Assembly (NCBI RefSeq): GCF_018350175.1
Contig: NC_058368.1
Span: forward strand, 23,376,001 to 23,440,000
DNA length: 64,000 nucleotides
Direction of reading: 5' to 3'
Source of the DNA: Felis catus
Taxonomy: Eukaryota
Below, in pieces: positions 23,806-36,285 of this stretch. The translations under genes and the position numbers were made by a program. Below the pieces are notes generated by a model. The model was given only the letters and a program-made list of their open reading frames with translations, did no database searches and was not told where the DNA came from. Within the stretch, counting starts at the first letter, position 1, and each line of letters starts with the position of its first letter.

Positions 23806-24747
23806 GTCGTTAGTATTAACCCCAAAATCTCCTGTTTGGGAGGAGAGAAAAACATCTTATAAACCCCTCTTATATTTTTTGCTGCTTCTCTGGCCAGCTA
23901 TTCATTGTCTGAACTGTGAGATAAAGACTGCTGTGATGTTGCTTCGGGAGTGAGGCTCTTGCTGGACGTGGAGACGTTCTAGTTGCATATGGCTATGTTG
24001 GATTCTCTCACAGCATCTTGATCCAGTGACACTCTATGAGCAGATACACACGAGTGATATTCTACTTCATACCAAGCTCTACCTAGGTGTCAACAGACAT
24101 GATTTTTCACTTTCTTTGGGAAAGTGCAACACTGAGCAGTGAGTCAGTCTCAGAAAAATTACACATTTAGGACAAAATTCAGGTACAAGCTAGAAATATG
24201 TGCTTGCTTATGCACAAATGACTGCTCTGACTTCTGTCTTCTTCTTGCTTTAAAATAGAGATGAGAACAATTTGGGTTCTGCTCACCACTAATCTTGGAT
24301 AGATGAGCCATGGAGGATTGTATAATGGTAATGGCAATGGTAATGATAATGACAGTAATGGCCAGTATGTATAGAGTGGACATTTTATGTAACCATGTAC
24401 ATCATCTGTTATGCTCATCACAACTCTGATTACTGAGAAGAAGATTGTATTTCAAAGATGTTAATGAACACATGGCTACTAGTAGTGTTGAGGCTGAGCT
24501 TCAAATGGTTCTGATGTTCTCCGAAGAATGAGTTCTCTTTTCTCTACCACATTGTCTCTCTTCCTTACTATACAATGGCTGCCAAAGGCTCAAGAGGGTA
24601 AACTTTTGTATCCAATTTATGGAACTGTTTGAATTTAATGGGTACAAATAGAAGTTTGAGTTTTCTCAATACCTTTTTCAGTTATGCTCTGTTCAGTCTC
24701 TTTTTCCCCATCCATAAATGAAATACTTGGCAGTACTGTAGCCTTTT

Positions 24748-24940
24748 TAAAAAATGTTTTATTTATTTTGAGAGAGGGAGCGTGAGCAGGGGAGGGACGG
24801 AGAGAGAAGGGGACAGAGGATCGAAAGCAGGCTTTGTGCTGACAGCAGTGAGCCTGATGTGGGGCTCAAATTCACGAACTGTGAGATCATGATCTGAGCT
24901 CAAGTCGGATGCCTAACTGACTAAGCCATCTAGGTGTCCC
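24748..24940 (-). mobile_element. Can-SINE
   Basis: Antisense SINEC. TSD AGTACTGTAGC at 24732-24742 and 24941-24951. Confidence 0.93.
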
Positions 24941-24987
24941 AGTACTGTAGCTTTTTGATCACTCTCAGTTATTAAGTCAATGCAGTC

Positions 24988-25295
24988 TGTGGTAGAAAGT
25001 TCTTAAAATGGCTCTTGTGTTAGAGAGGGCCATGTGGCAAGGAGTTGAGATGGTCTCTGGCCAACAGCCAGGGAGAAGCTAAGGCCTTCAGTCTAGGACA
25101 TTATGAGGAACTGAATGAATGAATAAGCTTGGAGTCAGATCTTCCCTCAGTTGAGCCCTGAGATGGTTGTAGCCCCAGCCACTATCTTGATTGTAGCCTG
25201 AAGCTGTATACAGATTCATGTCCTACAGAAGCTGTGAGATCATAAACATCTGTTGTTTTAAGCCACTAAATTTGTTTTGCATCGGTATTAATATA
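24988..25295 (+). mobile_element. Internally deleted MaLR LTR (MLT1-type)
   Basis: TGTGGTAG start; CATGTGGCAAGGAG...GGCCAACAGCCAG; TGTTTTAAGCCACTAAATTTG. Confidence 0.75.
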
Positions 25296-25835
25296 GTTTG
25301 ACCCACTTTAAAATTTTAATGCAATCCAATGTAATGCTCATTTCCTCTTGTTTCTTCCCTCTTCTCAATGTGGTTCAGGAGACTCGCTGGACTTGCTCTT
25401 TCATTTCTCCGCCACCTCTGCCATTTTGGGGTCCTGTCTTCCCTGGTGCTTTGGGGCTGGCTGTAGGGACATGGAAAGACACACGTATCTCTTATTTGAC
25501 TGGTACCTTTGTTCTCTCTGCTGTTACTGTTTCATTGGCTTTGACTAAATGTTGGACAAGTGTTCACATACTGGCTCCCTCTGGGACATATGTGTGGGAG
25601 AGCTCTCTGTAGAACCCTTCGAAGCTTCCTAGTTTCTTGGTCCTTCCTGATTCTCCCTACACAGCTTCCGCCCCAGATATTCAGGTTCAGGTTATTATTG
25701 TTGGTGGAATCTCCTTACTGTCAGTGAGATCTTGAATGGGCACCTGCAAGGTAGCACAGGTCCAGCTACCTTCATGTGTTCAATTTCCACTGTCCCTCTG
25801 CCACTGGATCTCTCTGCCTTGTTGTTCCCTCCAAA

Positions 25836-25954
25836 TAGGATTGCCAGATTTAGTAAATAAAGACAGAGGAAATCCAGTTAATTGAATTTCAGATAAACAG
25901 TGAATAAGTTTTTAGTGTAAGTCTCATGTATTCATATTTTATCTGGCGACCCTG
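25836..25954. mobile_element. MER53-like hAT MITE with internal deletion
   Basis: TIRs TAGGATTGCCAGAT ... ATCTGGCGACCCTG; internal TTGAATTTCAGATAAACA. Confidence 0.75.
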
Positions 25955-26704
25955 TTCCCATACTCTTGTGTTTTTCTCAAACAGCACACAGAGAAGAGAT
26001 CAGAAGCACCATTGCCCAACAAGGGAATGAAATGCTAATCTCTTTGCTGGTTAAGTAGAATGATTCTCTTGTCTCCTTGCTTGAATTGAGATGGGAGCAC
26101 AGAGAAAGGAGGGACAAGCTCATCACGAATACTAAATTCTCTTGACTTGTGTGTCCAGTGGTTTCTTTGATTCCTGTGTATGCATTTGTAGACTAACAGG
26201 GGTGGGCAGTGAATTTTTGGGGGAAGAGGTGTTCTATGGGAGTGTCTGACCCCAATTATGCATTGTGATGCTTTCTTGGACTCAGTATGGGGTGGCAAGC
26301 CTTGAATCTGGGAAAACAGGAAAAAATTCTCCTCCATATCCTGTGCAAGTTACAGCACAGCTGCAATTATAGATTTTCTCTTCTAAAGATGTGATTTAAC
26401 TTGCTTTTGTTACCCTTAGCCATCACTTATATTTCAATAGCATGTGGGCTTGAAATTCGTCAGAGTTTCCACCTGGTGAAAATGAATAAAACTACCTTAT
26501 TTAGCCTCCCTCCCTTTTCTGTCTTTAAATATGTTGAAACACTGTTACCTTGATGCCTTTTTGAGAACTTGAGTCTTCATTAAGGCATCTTTTCTTGAGT
26601 TGGTGAGACATTGGTAAGCTCTAACTTACCTAAAGTTCTCTATTAGGTGGTCCCACATTTTTCCTTCCTAAATTCCCTAAATTTACCACTTGTGCTCTTT
26701 GCCA

Positions 26705-26850
26705 ATAGTGTTGCCAAGCACTTACCCAGACCCCCCACAGGGACCCAGGTACTCATTCCCCAGGCTGCTGACAGCTCACAGCTCACAGCTCAGACCCTTC
26801 CAGAGAATCACCTTGGACTACAGAAACTGCCTCACTGCAAGATTACACCA
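26705..26850 (+). mobile_element. LTR16-like 5' fragment
   Basis: ACTCATTCCCCAGGCTGCTGACAGCTCACAGCT...AACTGCCTC. Confidence 0.5.
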
Positions 26851-26939
26851 GTGTGATACAAAGGCTGTCATTTTTTGGCATGTTGGGGACAATTTCATCT
26901 CTGTTTCATAATGCTTCCATTGTGTTTTTGTCTTTTTTG

Positions 26940-27310
26940 CAATTGTAATGCTTAAATTTGGTACTTTTTTCTTTTTCTTTTTTCCGTTTTATGCTGAAAT
27001 TACCCTCAAAACCAGTTTGGAAAAGACAACAGGATTAAATTCCATTTTTATTTAAAAATTTTTTTTCCTAGATACGTCTCAAAACTAGCTTGAAAATACA
27101 TGTTTATTACAAGATGCTTGAATTCCATAATTTCTGTTAAAAACATTATTTTTTACTGTATTTTTACTCACAAGTTGCTTGGAAACTTCATTTCATTTTT
27201 ATCCCAGCAGGCATTCTGTACTTTTCTGTTAAGTATTTCTTTTATTAGATTTTTCCTAAAAATTAGCTTGGAAACATGACTTTTCATCACAACAGGCTTA
27301 AATCTCCTCC
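26940..27310. repeat. Degenerate tandem array, ~4 units of ~73-89 bp
   Basis: Anchors AG(C/T)TTG(G/A)AAA at 27014, 27087, 27176 and 27265, each followed by an ACAACAGGCTTAAATTCC-like motif. Confidence 0.7.
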
Positions 27311-27540
27311 TTTTCAGCAGAATTTAGGCTCACTTTGATGAAAATAATTTTTCCGAGCTATGTTTCAGGAAAAAAAATCTTGCATGAAAGAAACTTTTCA
27401 ACAGAAAAGTGTTCAATTGAAGAATTTGATGATAATCATATTTGCAAGGTAGTCAAATATGAATCCTTTCTTACTAGGATCGAAAGCACTATTTTCTTTT
27501 CCCTAGGACTGCTTTTGACAAGGATTTAGAAATAGATTCA

Positions 27541-27793
27541 GGGCTTCTGGATGGCTCAGTTGTTTGAGAATCCACCTCTTGATTTCAGCTCAGGTCATGA
27601 TCCCAGGGTTGTGGGATTAAGCCCCGTGTCTGGCTCCCTGGTGAGCATGGAGCCTGCTTAGGATTCTCTCTCTCTCTCTTCTCTCTCCCTCTTCCTCTTC
27701 CTCTTCCTCTCCCTCTCTCCCTCCCTCCCTCCCTCCCTCCCTCCCTCCCTCTCTTCCCATCTCCACTGTACTCTCTCAAATTAAAAAAAAAAA
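27541..27793 (+). mobile_element. Can-SINE with expanded CT tract
   Basis: SINEC head, long (CT)/(CCCT) tract, A tail. Confidence 0.9.
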
Positions 27794-29199
27794 AGAAAGA
27801 AACTTAGTTCAGCACATTTTATGGGTATTAATATCTAACATTACTCATGGCATCAAACTGGTCAAAAGGCTTGCCTGTCCTTCCATGAAATTCTTCCAAT
27901 CCAGGTGTATTGTCCCCAATTTTGTCTTGTCCCCCCCCCCCCCCCACCTTTAAAAACATTCTGTGTCCTTCACGGATGATCTGGTGATGCCACCCTCTGG
28001 TTTAAAATTTTCATGGTCTTTCTATCATCAAGAAAGTGATTTGTAAACTATGTTCTGTGGAACTCTTGGGTTCTGTGGAGGGGGTCAAAGGCTGCTGTTG
28101 AGGCTGGGCAAGCATATGAGGAGTCTGAGTCACAGGGGCTCCAAGTCTCCAACCTCTACATTAGCCAGAACAGTTCTGATGGGTTCTGCAATACAGAGTA
28201 CATTTTTCTTGATACAAAAGATTCTAGGTTTTTTTTTTTTTAAACTCTTTTACAGTGGTAGGAGTTGCAAATATTTTTTTCCCAGTTTGTATCACTGTAG
28301 ATACTAGAGGACAATTATGGCCATAAACCCTTTATTTTTCCATTTTAACAATAGCGACAACTGAAATTATCGCATGCCAAATTAGGAGGAAGTTCAGCAT
28401 TATCTTTTTAGGGTACACCCTTTTATGAACCCTGAGAACTAACATGATCTGAAAGTTAAGGTTAGCTAGGGGAACAGAAGATGGGTCAGATACTGCCATT
28501 ACTCCTTTTGGCCACATGATGTCACTGTGGACAACTGGTCATTTTGACAGAGTCTTCAGGTTGGCTTGTGGCTCACATCTGTGCAAGGCACTGGGAATCC
28601 TGGAAGAAATGTCTGTGTGGTGGGCAATCCACTGAATCTGTATTGTGCCCTGAGTTCCCAGGGACATAGCCCTTGATGCTTCTTTTTGTCCCATATAAAG
28701 TCATTTTCTAAGGCACCAGAAGCCCCAAGAACACTGTTAATGAACTGACTCTGGGATCTGTTCTTTGTGAAATAGTCCCCTATGTCTTGCAACCAATTTA
28801 TATTATTAGGGGTTGGACAGCTTTTCACCCTTCTGGCTCTTTACCTACAAAGGATCTTACTATATTAACTATTGGAGAATAGGACTATATAACTTCCCCT
28901 GTTAATGGCTCCCCTGATGGCTTCCAGGGACTCCAAACCTTCATTATAAACCTTTTATTCCATGGTATTTTCTGTCTTGTGAGGACTCAATATGACTTTC
29001 TGGAAACCCCTGATATAGAAGATGATGACTCCTTACCCTCCTCCACCGTTTCAAGTTTTAGTCTTTAGCAGAACATTCTCCAGATGATCATGGTCATTTA
29101 TTTTGAGAAGTTAATATATGATATGGTAAAAGAGAAAAAGACATAAGCCTATAATTATTTTACATTTTTATAACAACAAAAGAAGAAAATAATATGCAA

Positions 29200-29678
29200 G
29201 AATAGATGGTAGAAGAGTTGTTGGGGTTAAGATTGTGAAGGATCTTATATGTTGTAATATGTAAATTCTATTCAAAAGCAATGGAAAGTCAGAAAAGACT
29301 TTTAAGCATCAGAGAGACAGGATAGACTTTGTTTTTAGAAAACTAATTTCAGAGGTTGTGTGGAAGATAAACTTTGTAGGGAGAGAGCAGTGGTAGAGAG
29401 CCCTAGACAATGAACTGTTGTCATAGGTTAGGCAAGAAATGTTGAAGGCTTGGAAGAGTGCAGTATTAGTGAGGCTGAAGAGGAGTGTTGAATTCTGATG
29501 ATTTTCTGAATTGGAATTGATAGAAATTGGTGAGATTGTGAGAGTCAAAAAGAGGAGAAAGCAAGGCTGGCCCTAAGAGTCTGGATGTTGAAACCATATT
29601 GCATGTAGTGAGTTTCAGAAGAAGACAAGGTTTGTAAGGAGAGAAGGTAAGTTCTGTTTGGAGGCGCTGGATTAGAAG
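29200..29678 (-). mobile_element. L2 relic
   Basis: AATGGAAAGTCAGAAAAGACTTTTAAGCA...GACTTTGTTTTTAGAAAA, antisense L2 motifs. Confidence 0.6.
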
Positions 29679-29679
29679 G

Positions 29680-30715
29680 ATATTTCACTGGGTATAGAAT
29701 TCTAGGGCTGGCAGTTTTTTCTTATCATACATTATTGTGCCATTCTAGCTTTCATTGTAACTGTTGAGAAATCAGCCAAAATTCTTATTGCTGTTGATAT
29801 GAATGTAATAGGTATAGTAGTTTCTGAGTGCTTTTCAGACTTTTCTCTTCATCTTTGTTTTTTTAGCCATTTAACTGATGTGCCTGGGTATAGTTTTCTT
29901 TGTGTTTTTATTGCTTGGCTTGATAATTATCCTGTTTTGCTGAGCTTTTTGAACTTGTGATGTTATGTCTTTTTACCAGTTTTGGAAAATTATTGGCCAT
30001 TATTTCTACAAATATTGTTCTGTTTCATTCTCTCTCCATCTGTATGTATGCCATTCCAGCTAATGTATGTCAGAAAACTTTGTGTTGTTCAACATGCCTT
30101 TCACATTGTGCTATCTATCTATCTATGTATTTATTTATTTATTTACATTTATTTGAGTGTGGAGTGGGGGGAGGCAGAGAGAGAGGGAGACACAGAATCT
30201 GAATCAGGCTCCAGGCTCTGAGCTGTCAACCCAGAGCCCGACACAGGGCTTGAACTCATGAACCGTGAGATCATGATCTGAACCAAAGTTGGATGCTTAC
30301 CTGACTGAACCTCCCAGATGCCCCTGTTTTTTTTTTTTTTTTTTAATTCTTTTTTCTTTATTCTCCAGATTGGATCATTTAATGGACTAATCTTCAAGTT
30401 TATGAATCCTTCTGATGTTCAGTCTGCTGTTAACTAAGCCTTTTAAATTCATTCTTAATTTAAGACACTGTATTTTTCAGTCTTAGGCTATCCATTAGTT
30501 AGTTTTAAGAGATTTCACTTCTCTGTAGAAATTGTCCATCTTTCCTCTCATTTATTTAATCTATTTCTAATTGTTAATTTGAAGTCCTTGTCATCTAATT
30601 TCAATAACTTTTTTATCTGTGGGTCTCCTTCCATTGTTTTTTGATTTTTCTTATTATCAGTTATCTGTTATTATTCTTTGTATGTCTCATAATTTTTATG
30701 GTATGCTGAACACTG
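29680..30715 (-). mobile_element. Old L1M(E) ORF1-region fragment containing a SINE
   Basis: TTCACTGGGTATAGAATTCTAGG, CAGTTTTGGAAAATTATTGGCCATTATTTCT. Confidence 0.75.
30112..30324 (-). mobile_element. Can-SINE
   Basis: Antisense SINEC with (TCTA)/(TTTA) tail, ending CCCAGATGCCCC. Confidence 0.93.
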
Positions 30716-31602
30716 TTTAATAAACTTTTCATTTTAAAATAGTTTCATATTTACAGAAAAATTGTGAAACAGTACAGAGAGTTCCCATATATCCCAAACC
30801 CAGTTTCTTCTCTTATAAATACCTTAGATTGATATGGCACATTTGTTACAATTAATGAACCAACATCAATGCATTACTGTTAATTAAATCCACACTTTAT
30901 TCAAATATACTTAGTTTTTACCTAATGACCTGTATTTATTTTAGGATCCCACCCAGGATACCACATAGTTACCCATTATGTTTAGATAGGATGACTCTTT
31001 AGTTTCCCCTTTGCTGTCACAGTTTATCAGACTTCCCTTGTTTTTGATGACCTTCAAAATTTTCAGTATTGGTTAGATATTTTGTACAGTGTTTCTCAAT
31101 TGTCTGATGTTTTCTCCATGATTAGGCCAGGTTATGGATTTTGTGGAAGAAAACCACAGAAATGAAGTGCCACTCTCTTTATATTATCAGGTATACATAC
31201 TAGCAACATAACTTATCATTACTGATGTTAGTGTTTGTCAAGTTTCTCCATTGTAAACTTACTTTTATTCCCTCTTTCCCCTCTTTGGAGGGAAATCCCT
31301 ATGCACAGCACATACTTAAGGAGTGGGGAGTTAAACTCCACATCCTTGAGGGCACAGTATCTACACAAATTATATGGACTTCCCCTGCATGGATGATTTG
31401 TTTATTCTCCCCTATTTACTTATTTATGTATGTATTTATTTAATCATTTTCTTAGATCAATATGGCCTCATAGATATTTATTTTATACTTTGGATTATAA
31501 TCTAATACTACATTATTTATTTTGGCACTCAAATTTTTCCAGCTTTGGCTATTGGGATTTCTTTCAGTTAACTTCTTTGGCAACCCTCTCCCCGCCAATA
31601 TG

Positions 31603-31603
<1 letters not shown>

Positions 31604-31646
<43 letters not shown>
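31604..31646. repeat. (TG)n microsatellite
   Basis: About 21 perfect TG units followed by (TTG)n. Confidence 0.97.
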
Positions 31647-31649
<3 letters not shown>

Positions 31650-34600
31650 TTGTTGTTGTTGTTTTGTTTTTTAGTAATTCCATACTTTTTGGTATTATAA
31701 AATACTCCAAAGTCATTTTATATATTTCTTGCCAGCCCTAGAATTGGCCATTTCTCAAAAAAGAAATCCTTATTTTTATTGAAGAGTAGTGTTAGAAACC
31801 AAGATCTGGGTTCCAGATGTCCTTGAATCTGTTGGTGATCTTTTGTTGCTTCTGGGCTCTTGTATATATACACGTGTCTATAAATAATCCTGTATGTAGC
31901 TATCCATATTTATATCAAGCCAAGCATGAGTTGATAATGATGTCTTTGAGTCCATTGCCAAATGGATTATTATAGCCTTTACCCCTTGCTTTTTCGTAGC
32001 CTTTCACTCTGGCAGTGAGAAACCTGACTCCCACTATCTGCCCTCCATTTACTTGTTTAATTTCAATATGCATGTATGGTGGTTTCAAATTGTTAATGTC
32101 TCCTCCCATGGGAAACGACTTTATCAATTAGAGTACAGTCTTATGTATAGTTCCTTTCATCTCTGTCTTACAGATTCCACTTATTTCCAAAGTCACTTAG
32201 GTCAGCAGCTTTTCCCTCCATTCCCTTCAATGATGTTGTTTCAGACATTTGTAATAGTTAGATACTTTTTTCTTTACATTTTGCATTCTATCTTGAGATC
32301 TCCCTGCTAAATAATTTTTAAAATATTTGTATGTATAAGGTTTACTCCTTGTGCTTCTGGCACAAGTTAATGAGTTTTGAAAAATGCATAGTTTCATGTA
32401 TCCACCATCACAGTGTCATATAGAATAGTTCACCGACTTAAAATCCCCTGTGCTCGAACTATTTAATCATGCCCCAAACCTTTGGTAACCACTCTCCTGC
32501 TTACTATGTTTATAGTTTTGCTTTTTCTGGAATGTCTTACAAATAGGATTATATAGTATGTAGCTTTTTCAGACTGGCTTCTTTCACAATACATTTAAGA
32601 CTAATCCGTGTCACTGAATGACTTGATAGCTCATTCTTTTTTTATTGCTGAATAGTATTTCAGTGTTCAAAATGTATTAGAGTTTGTTAACCTATTAACC
32701 TATTGAAGGATATCCTGGTTACTTCTAGTTTTTGGCAATTATGAATCAATGACTTTTCTAACACCCATCAAAGAATCAAAGTTGGAGGGGAACATCTTGC
32801 CCCCAAATCACAAGAAATAGGTGCATACAAAGAGTCACCCATGGAGTAGTAGTCACTAGAGTGATAAAACAGTAGAAACATTTGAATGGTGGTTTTGATG
32901 TGTTGCTGGAGGCTGCATTTGGACATGAGACATGACAGTGAAAAGCTTCTTGGGGGTCCTCAAATCTCTGTGTGGCTAACCCCCAGAAATCTCACTGGTT
33001 CTTAACATAAAATCCTGCAAACATCCCCTCACTGCTCTTTCACAGGAATAAGAAGAGTACCAATTGTGAAATATACCCAAACCGTCCATAACAAAGACCT
33101 TCTCTCCAGGAGAAAAGATTTTTTGAGCTTCCTGTCAGCTGGGTAAAGAGCTTTACTCCCATTCCAGACAGCTCTAGCCTTCCTGTCTCACTTAATATGG
33201 GGAGAGGGATAGGAAACATAGTCAACAGGGATAAGAGATTCAAGGGAGTAGATTGGAACATTGCAGCCAGGCAAAGGAATAGGAGAAAGGAAGGAAATGA
33301 AGAGCTATAGCACTGAGGAAAAAGAAAGTTGTGAAGTTCACAGACAAGAGATACAAGCCTACTAAAAGACTAAGATTTAACATAAGATTATAGAACATTT
33401 ACCCTCCTTTGTCCCTTATGATCACACGAACAGGGATCCTGTATAACAACTGAATTACAGGTGAAAAGATGCAAGATGTGGATTGTCTCAGAGGAGCAAT
33501 ACTTCAGAACCCTCCCCAAAGTCAACAGGTGAGACAAACAAGGACAGTAGAGGAATTTGATCCCTCTGACAGATACAACTACAGCAGTCATGAAACATAG
33601 CCTAACTTCTGGCCAGATTAACATAAATTCCCACACTAAAAGGTGATTTACCTCAGTTTTTAGTACACAATAGAACATGTCTGGCTTTCACACACAAAAA
33701 AGTTCAAGTTATTTCAAAAAGCAAGAAAAGAATCACAGTTTGAAAAGACAAAGCAACGATCAGAACCAGAATAAGATATGACACAGATGTTGAAATTACC
33801 AGCCAGGGAATTGAGAATAATTATTAAGCATATGTTAAGGGCTCTAATGGAAAAAGTAGACAAGATGGAAGAACAGAGGGTTAATGAAAGAATAGAGATG
33901 GAAACCCCAAAGAAGCAAAGGAAATGCTAGAAATTAGAGACAGTAATAGAAGGAATATATGCTTTCAATGGGCTCATCAGTAGGCTTGACACAGCCAAGG
34001 AAAGGGTTAGTAAGCTTGAATTATGTGAATACAAACTTCCCAAACTGATATTAAAACAGAAAAAGAAGAATGAAACAAAATTTAAAAATCCAAGAATTGT
34101 GAGAAACTTCAAAAAGTGTAACATACATGGAATTGGAATACCAGAAGGAAAAGAAAGACCAGGCAAAAGAAATATTTGAAGTAATAATGTATGAAAATTT
34201 TCCAAAATTAGGACAGACCCCAAACCACAAATCCAGAAAGCTCAAAAACACAAAGCAAGATAAAAACCAAAAATCTATACCTAGGCATATAATAATTTAA
34301 CTATAGAAAGCCCAAAGCAAAGAGGATATCTTGAAAGAAGTAAGAGGAAAAAATATCTTATCTATAGAGGAACCTGGATAAGAATTAGAGTGGACTTAAT
34401 CATCAGAAATCATGTAAGCAAGAAGAGTGAGAACAAAGTATTTAAAGTGTTAAAAGGAAAAAAAAACCCAACCTAAAATTCTATATTGAGGAGAAATGAA
34501 GACTTTCTTCAACAAACAGAAACTGAAGGATTTCATTGTTAGCAGATCTGTCCTGCAAGAAATCTTAAGCTGATCAGGCAGAAAAACAATATGATATTTG

Positions 34601-34970
34601 CAAAATATATCTGATGAAAGGCTTGTATCCAAAATATACAAAGAACTCTTGAAATTCAACAATAAGAAACACAGTCCAATTTTAAAGATAGGTGAGGTGA
34701 GCAATGTGAACAGACACCTCACCAAATAAAATAGACAGCAAAATAAGCATATGAAAAATGCTCAACATTGTATGCTATGAGGAAATGCAAAGTAAAACAA
34801 TAATGAGCTACCACTACAAACCTATTAGGCTAAAATCCAAAAAACTGAAAATGCCAGTTGCTAAGTAGGATACAAACAACAGAAATTCTCATTCATTGTT
34901 GGTAGGGATGCAAAATGGTAGAGCATTTTGGAAGCCAGTTTGGCAATTTCTTACAAAGCCAAATATAGTA

Positions 34971-35180
34971 TTTTTTAAAATAATTTTTTAATGTTTATTT
35001 TTGATAGACAGAGTGTGAGTCAGGGAGGGGCAGAGACAGAGTGAGACACAGAATCTGAAGCAGGCTCCAGGCTCTGAGCTATCAGCACAGAGCCCGATGC
35101 AGGGCTTGAACTCATGAACCATGAGATCATGACTTAGGCTGAAGTCAGATGCTTAACCGGCTGATCCACCCAGGCACCCC
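34971..35180 (-). mobile_element. Can-SINE inside L1
   Basis: Antisense SINEC ending CCCAGGCACCCC. Confidence 0.94.
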
Positions 35181-35375
35181 GAGTCTTAACATAACAATCC
35201 AGTGGTTGTACTCCTAGGTATTGACCCAACTGACTTAAAAACTTGTCTACACAAAATCCTGTGCACAAGTATTTATCAAATTTATCCAGCTTTTTCTTAT
35301 TGTAAGGATGGGAGTGACAACTTCTAAGCTGTTTACGTGTTGGAGATGAAACATGAATTCTGGATATTATCTTTC

Positions 35376-35724
35376 TTTTTTTTTTTTATTTTTATTTTTA
35401 TTTTTTATTTTTTTTTATATGAAATTTATTGACAAATTAGTTTCCATACAACACCCAGTGCTCATCCCAAAAGGTGCCCTCCTCAATACCCATCACCCAC
35501 CCTCTCCTCCCTCCCACCCCCCCATCAACCCTCAGTTTGTTCTCAGTTTTTAACAGTCTCTTATGCTTTGGCTCTCTCCCACTCTAACCTGTTTTTTTTT
35601 TTTTTCCTTCCCCTCCCCCATGGGTTCCTGTTAATTTCTCAGGGTCCACATAAGAGTGAAACCATATGGTATCTGTCTTTCTCTGTATGGCTTATTTCAC
35701 TTAGCATCACACTCTCCAGTTCCA
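35376..35724 (-). mobile_element. Young 5'-truncated felid L1 (L1_Fc-type)
   Basis: Patterned poly-T and L1_Fc 3' UTR. Perfect 16-bp TSD CTGGATATTATCTTTC at 35360-35375 and 35725-35740. Confidence 0.95.
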
Positions 35725-36024
35725 CTGGATATTATCTTTCAAAGAACCACAGTGACTGGAGGAAATACTACTGGGAAAATCATATATTTTCCTTTTAAGT
35801 ATTCACAAAGCCTTAAGTCCACAGGACTGCCTATGTGGAATGATTTTGGAAATTTTTTTTGCCTTCCCTTAAAAAAATCCTACAATAACAAATATGTCTT
35901 GTCTGCTGACTATTGCTTTAATCTTTACTATAAAGGTATCATTAACAATTTTTATGTCTTTCTTCAGTGAAAATAATAATAATTTAACCTGTTGTCTAAG
36001 ATCATATAAATGAGTTTCTGATTG

Positions 36025-36285
36025 TTTTTTTTTTTGTTTCTTTTTTTCTTTTTTTTTTTTAGTTTTTATTTAATTTGCAGTTAATCTACAGTGTAATATT
36101 AGTTTCAGGTGTACAACATTGTGATTCAACAATTCCATACAACAGCTGGTGCTCACCAGGACAGGACAAATGTACTTCTTAATCCCCATCATCTGTTTAA
36201 CCCATCTTCCACCCCTGACCTCTCTGGTAAACATCAGTTCTCCATAGTGAAGGGTCTGTTTCTTGCTTTGTCTTTTTTCCCCCCT
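36025..36285 (-). mobile_element. Carnivore L1 3' end
   Basis: Poly-T, then TTAGTTTCAGGTGTACAACA...CTTAATCCCCATCA. TSD ATGAG(T/C)TTCTGATT at 36010-36023 and 36286-36299. Confidence 0.9.

Larger units (their letters stand above)
30720..35360 (-). mobile_element. L1MD/L1MC-like element, ORF2-deleted, with internal segment ~32747-35276 inverted to the + strand
   Basis: Minus-strand 3' UTR 30720-32746. Plus-strand 5' UTR/ORF1 remnant and ORF2 C-terminus 32747-35276. Minus-strand L1MD-like 5' terminus 35277-35360. Confidence 0.75.

Noticed and set aside
23705..23953. 82-aa ORF with an acidic D/E tract (His-rich on the opposite strand)
   Set aside because: Produced by a degenerate GAT/GAA simple repeat next to an LTR end. 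No splice or homology support.
26940..27310. CRISPR-like periodicity
   Set aside because: Mammalian DNA; units are degenerate and homologous throughout; no cas genes.
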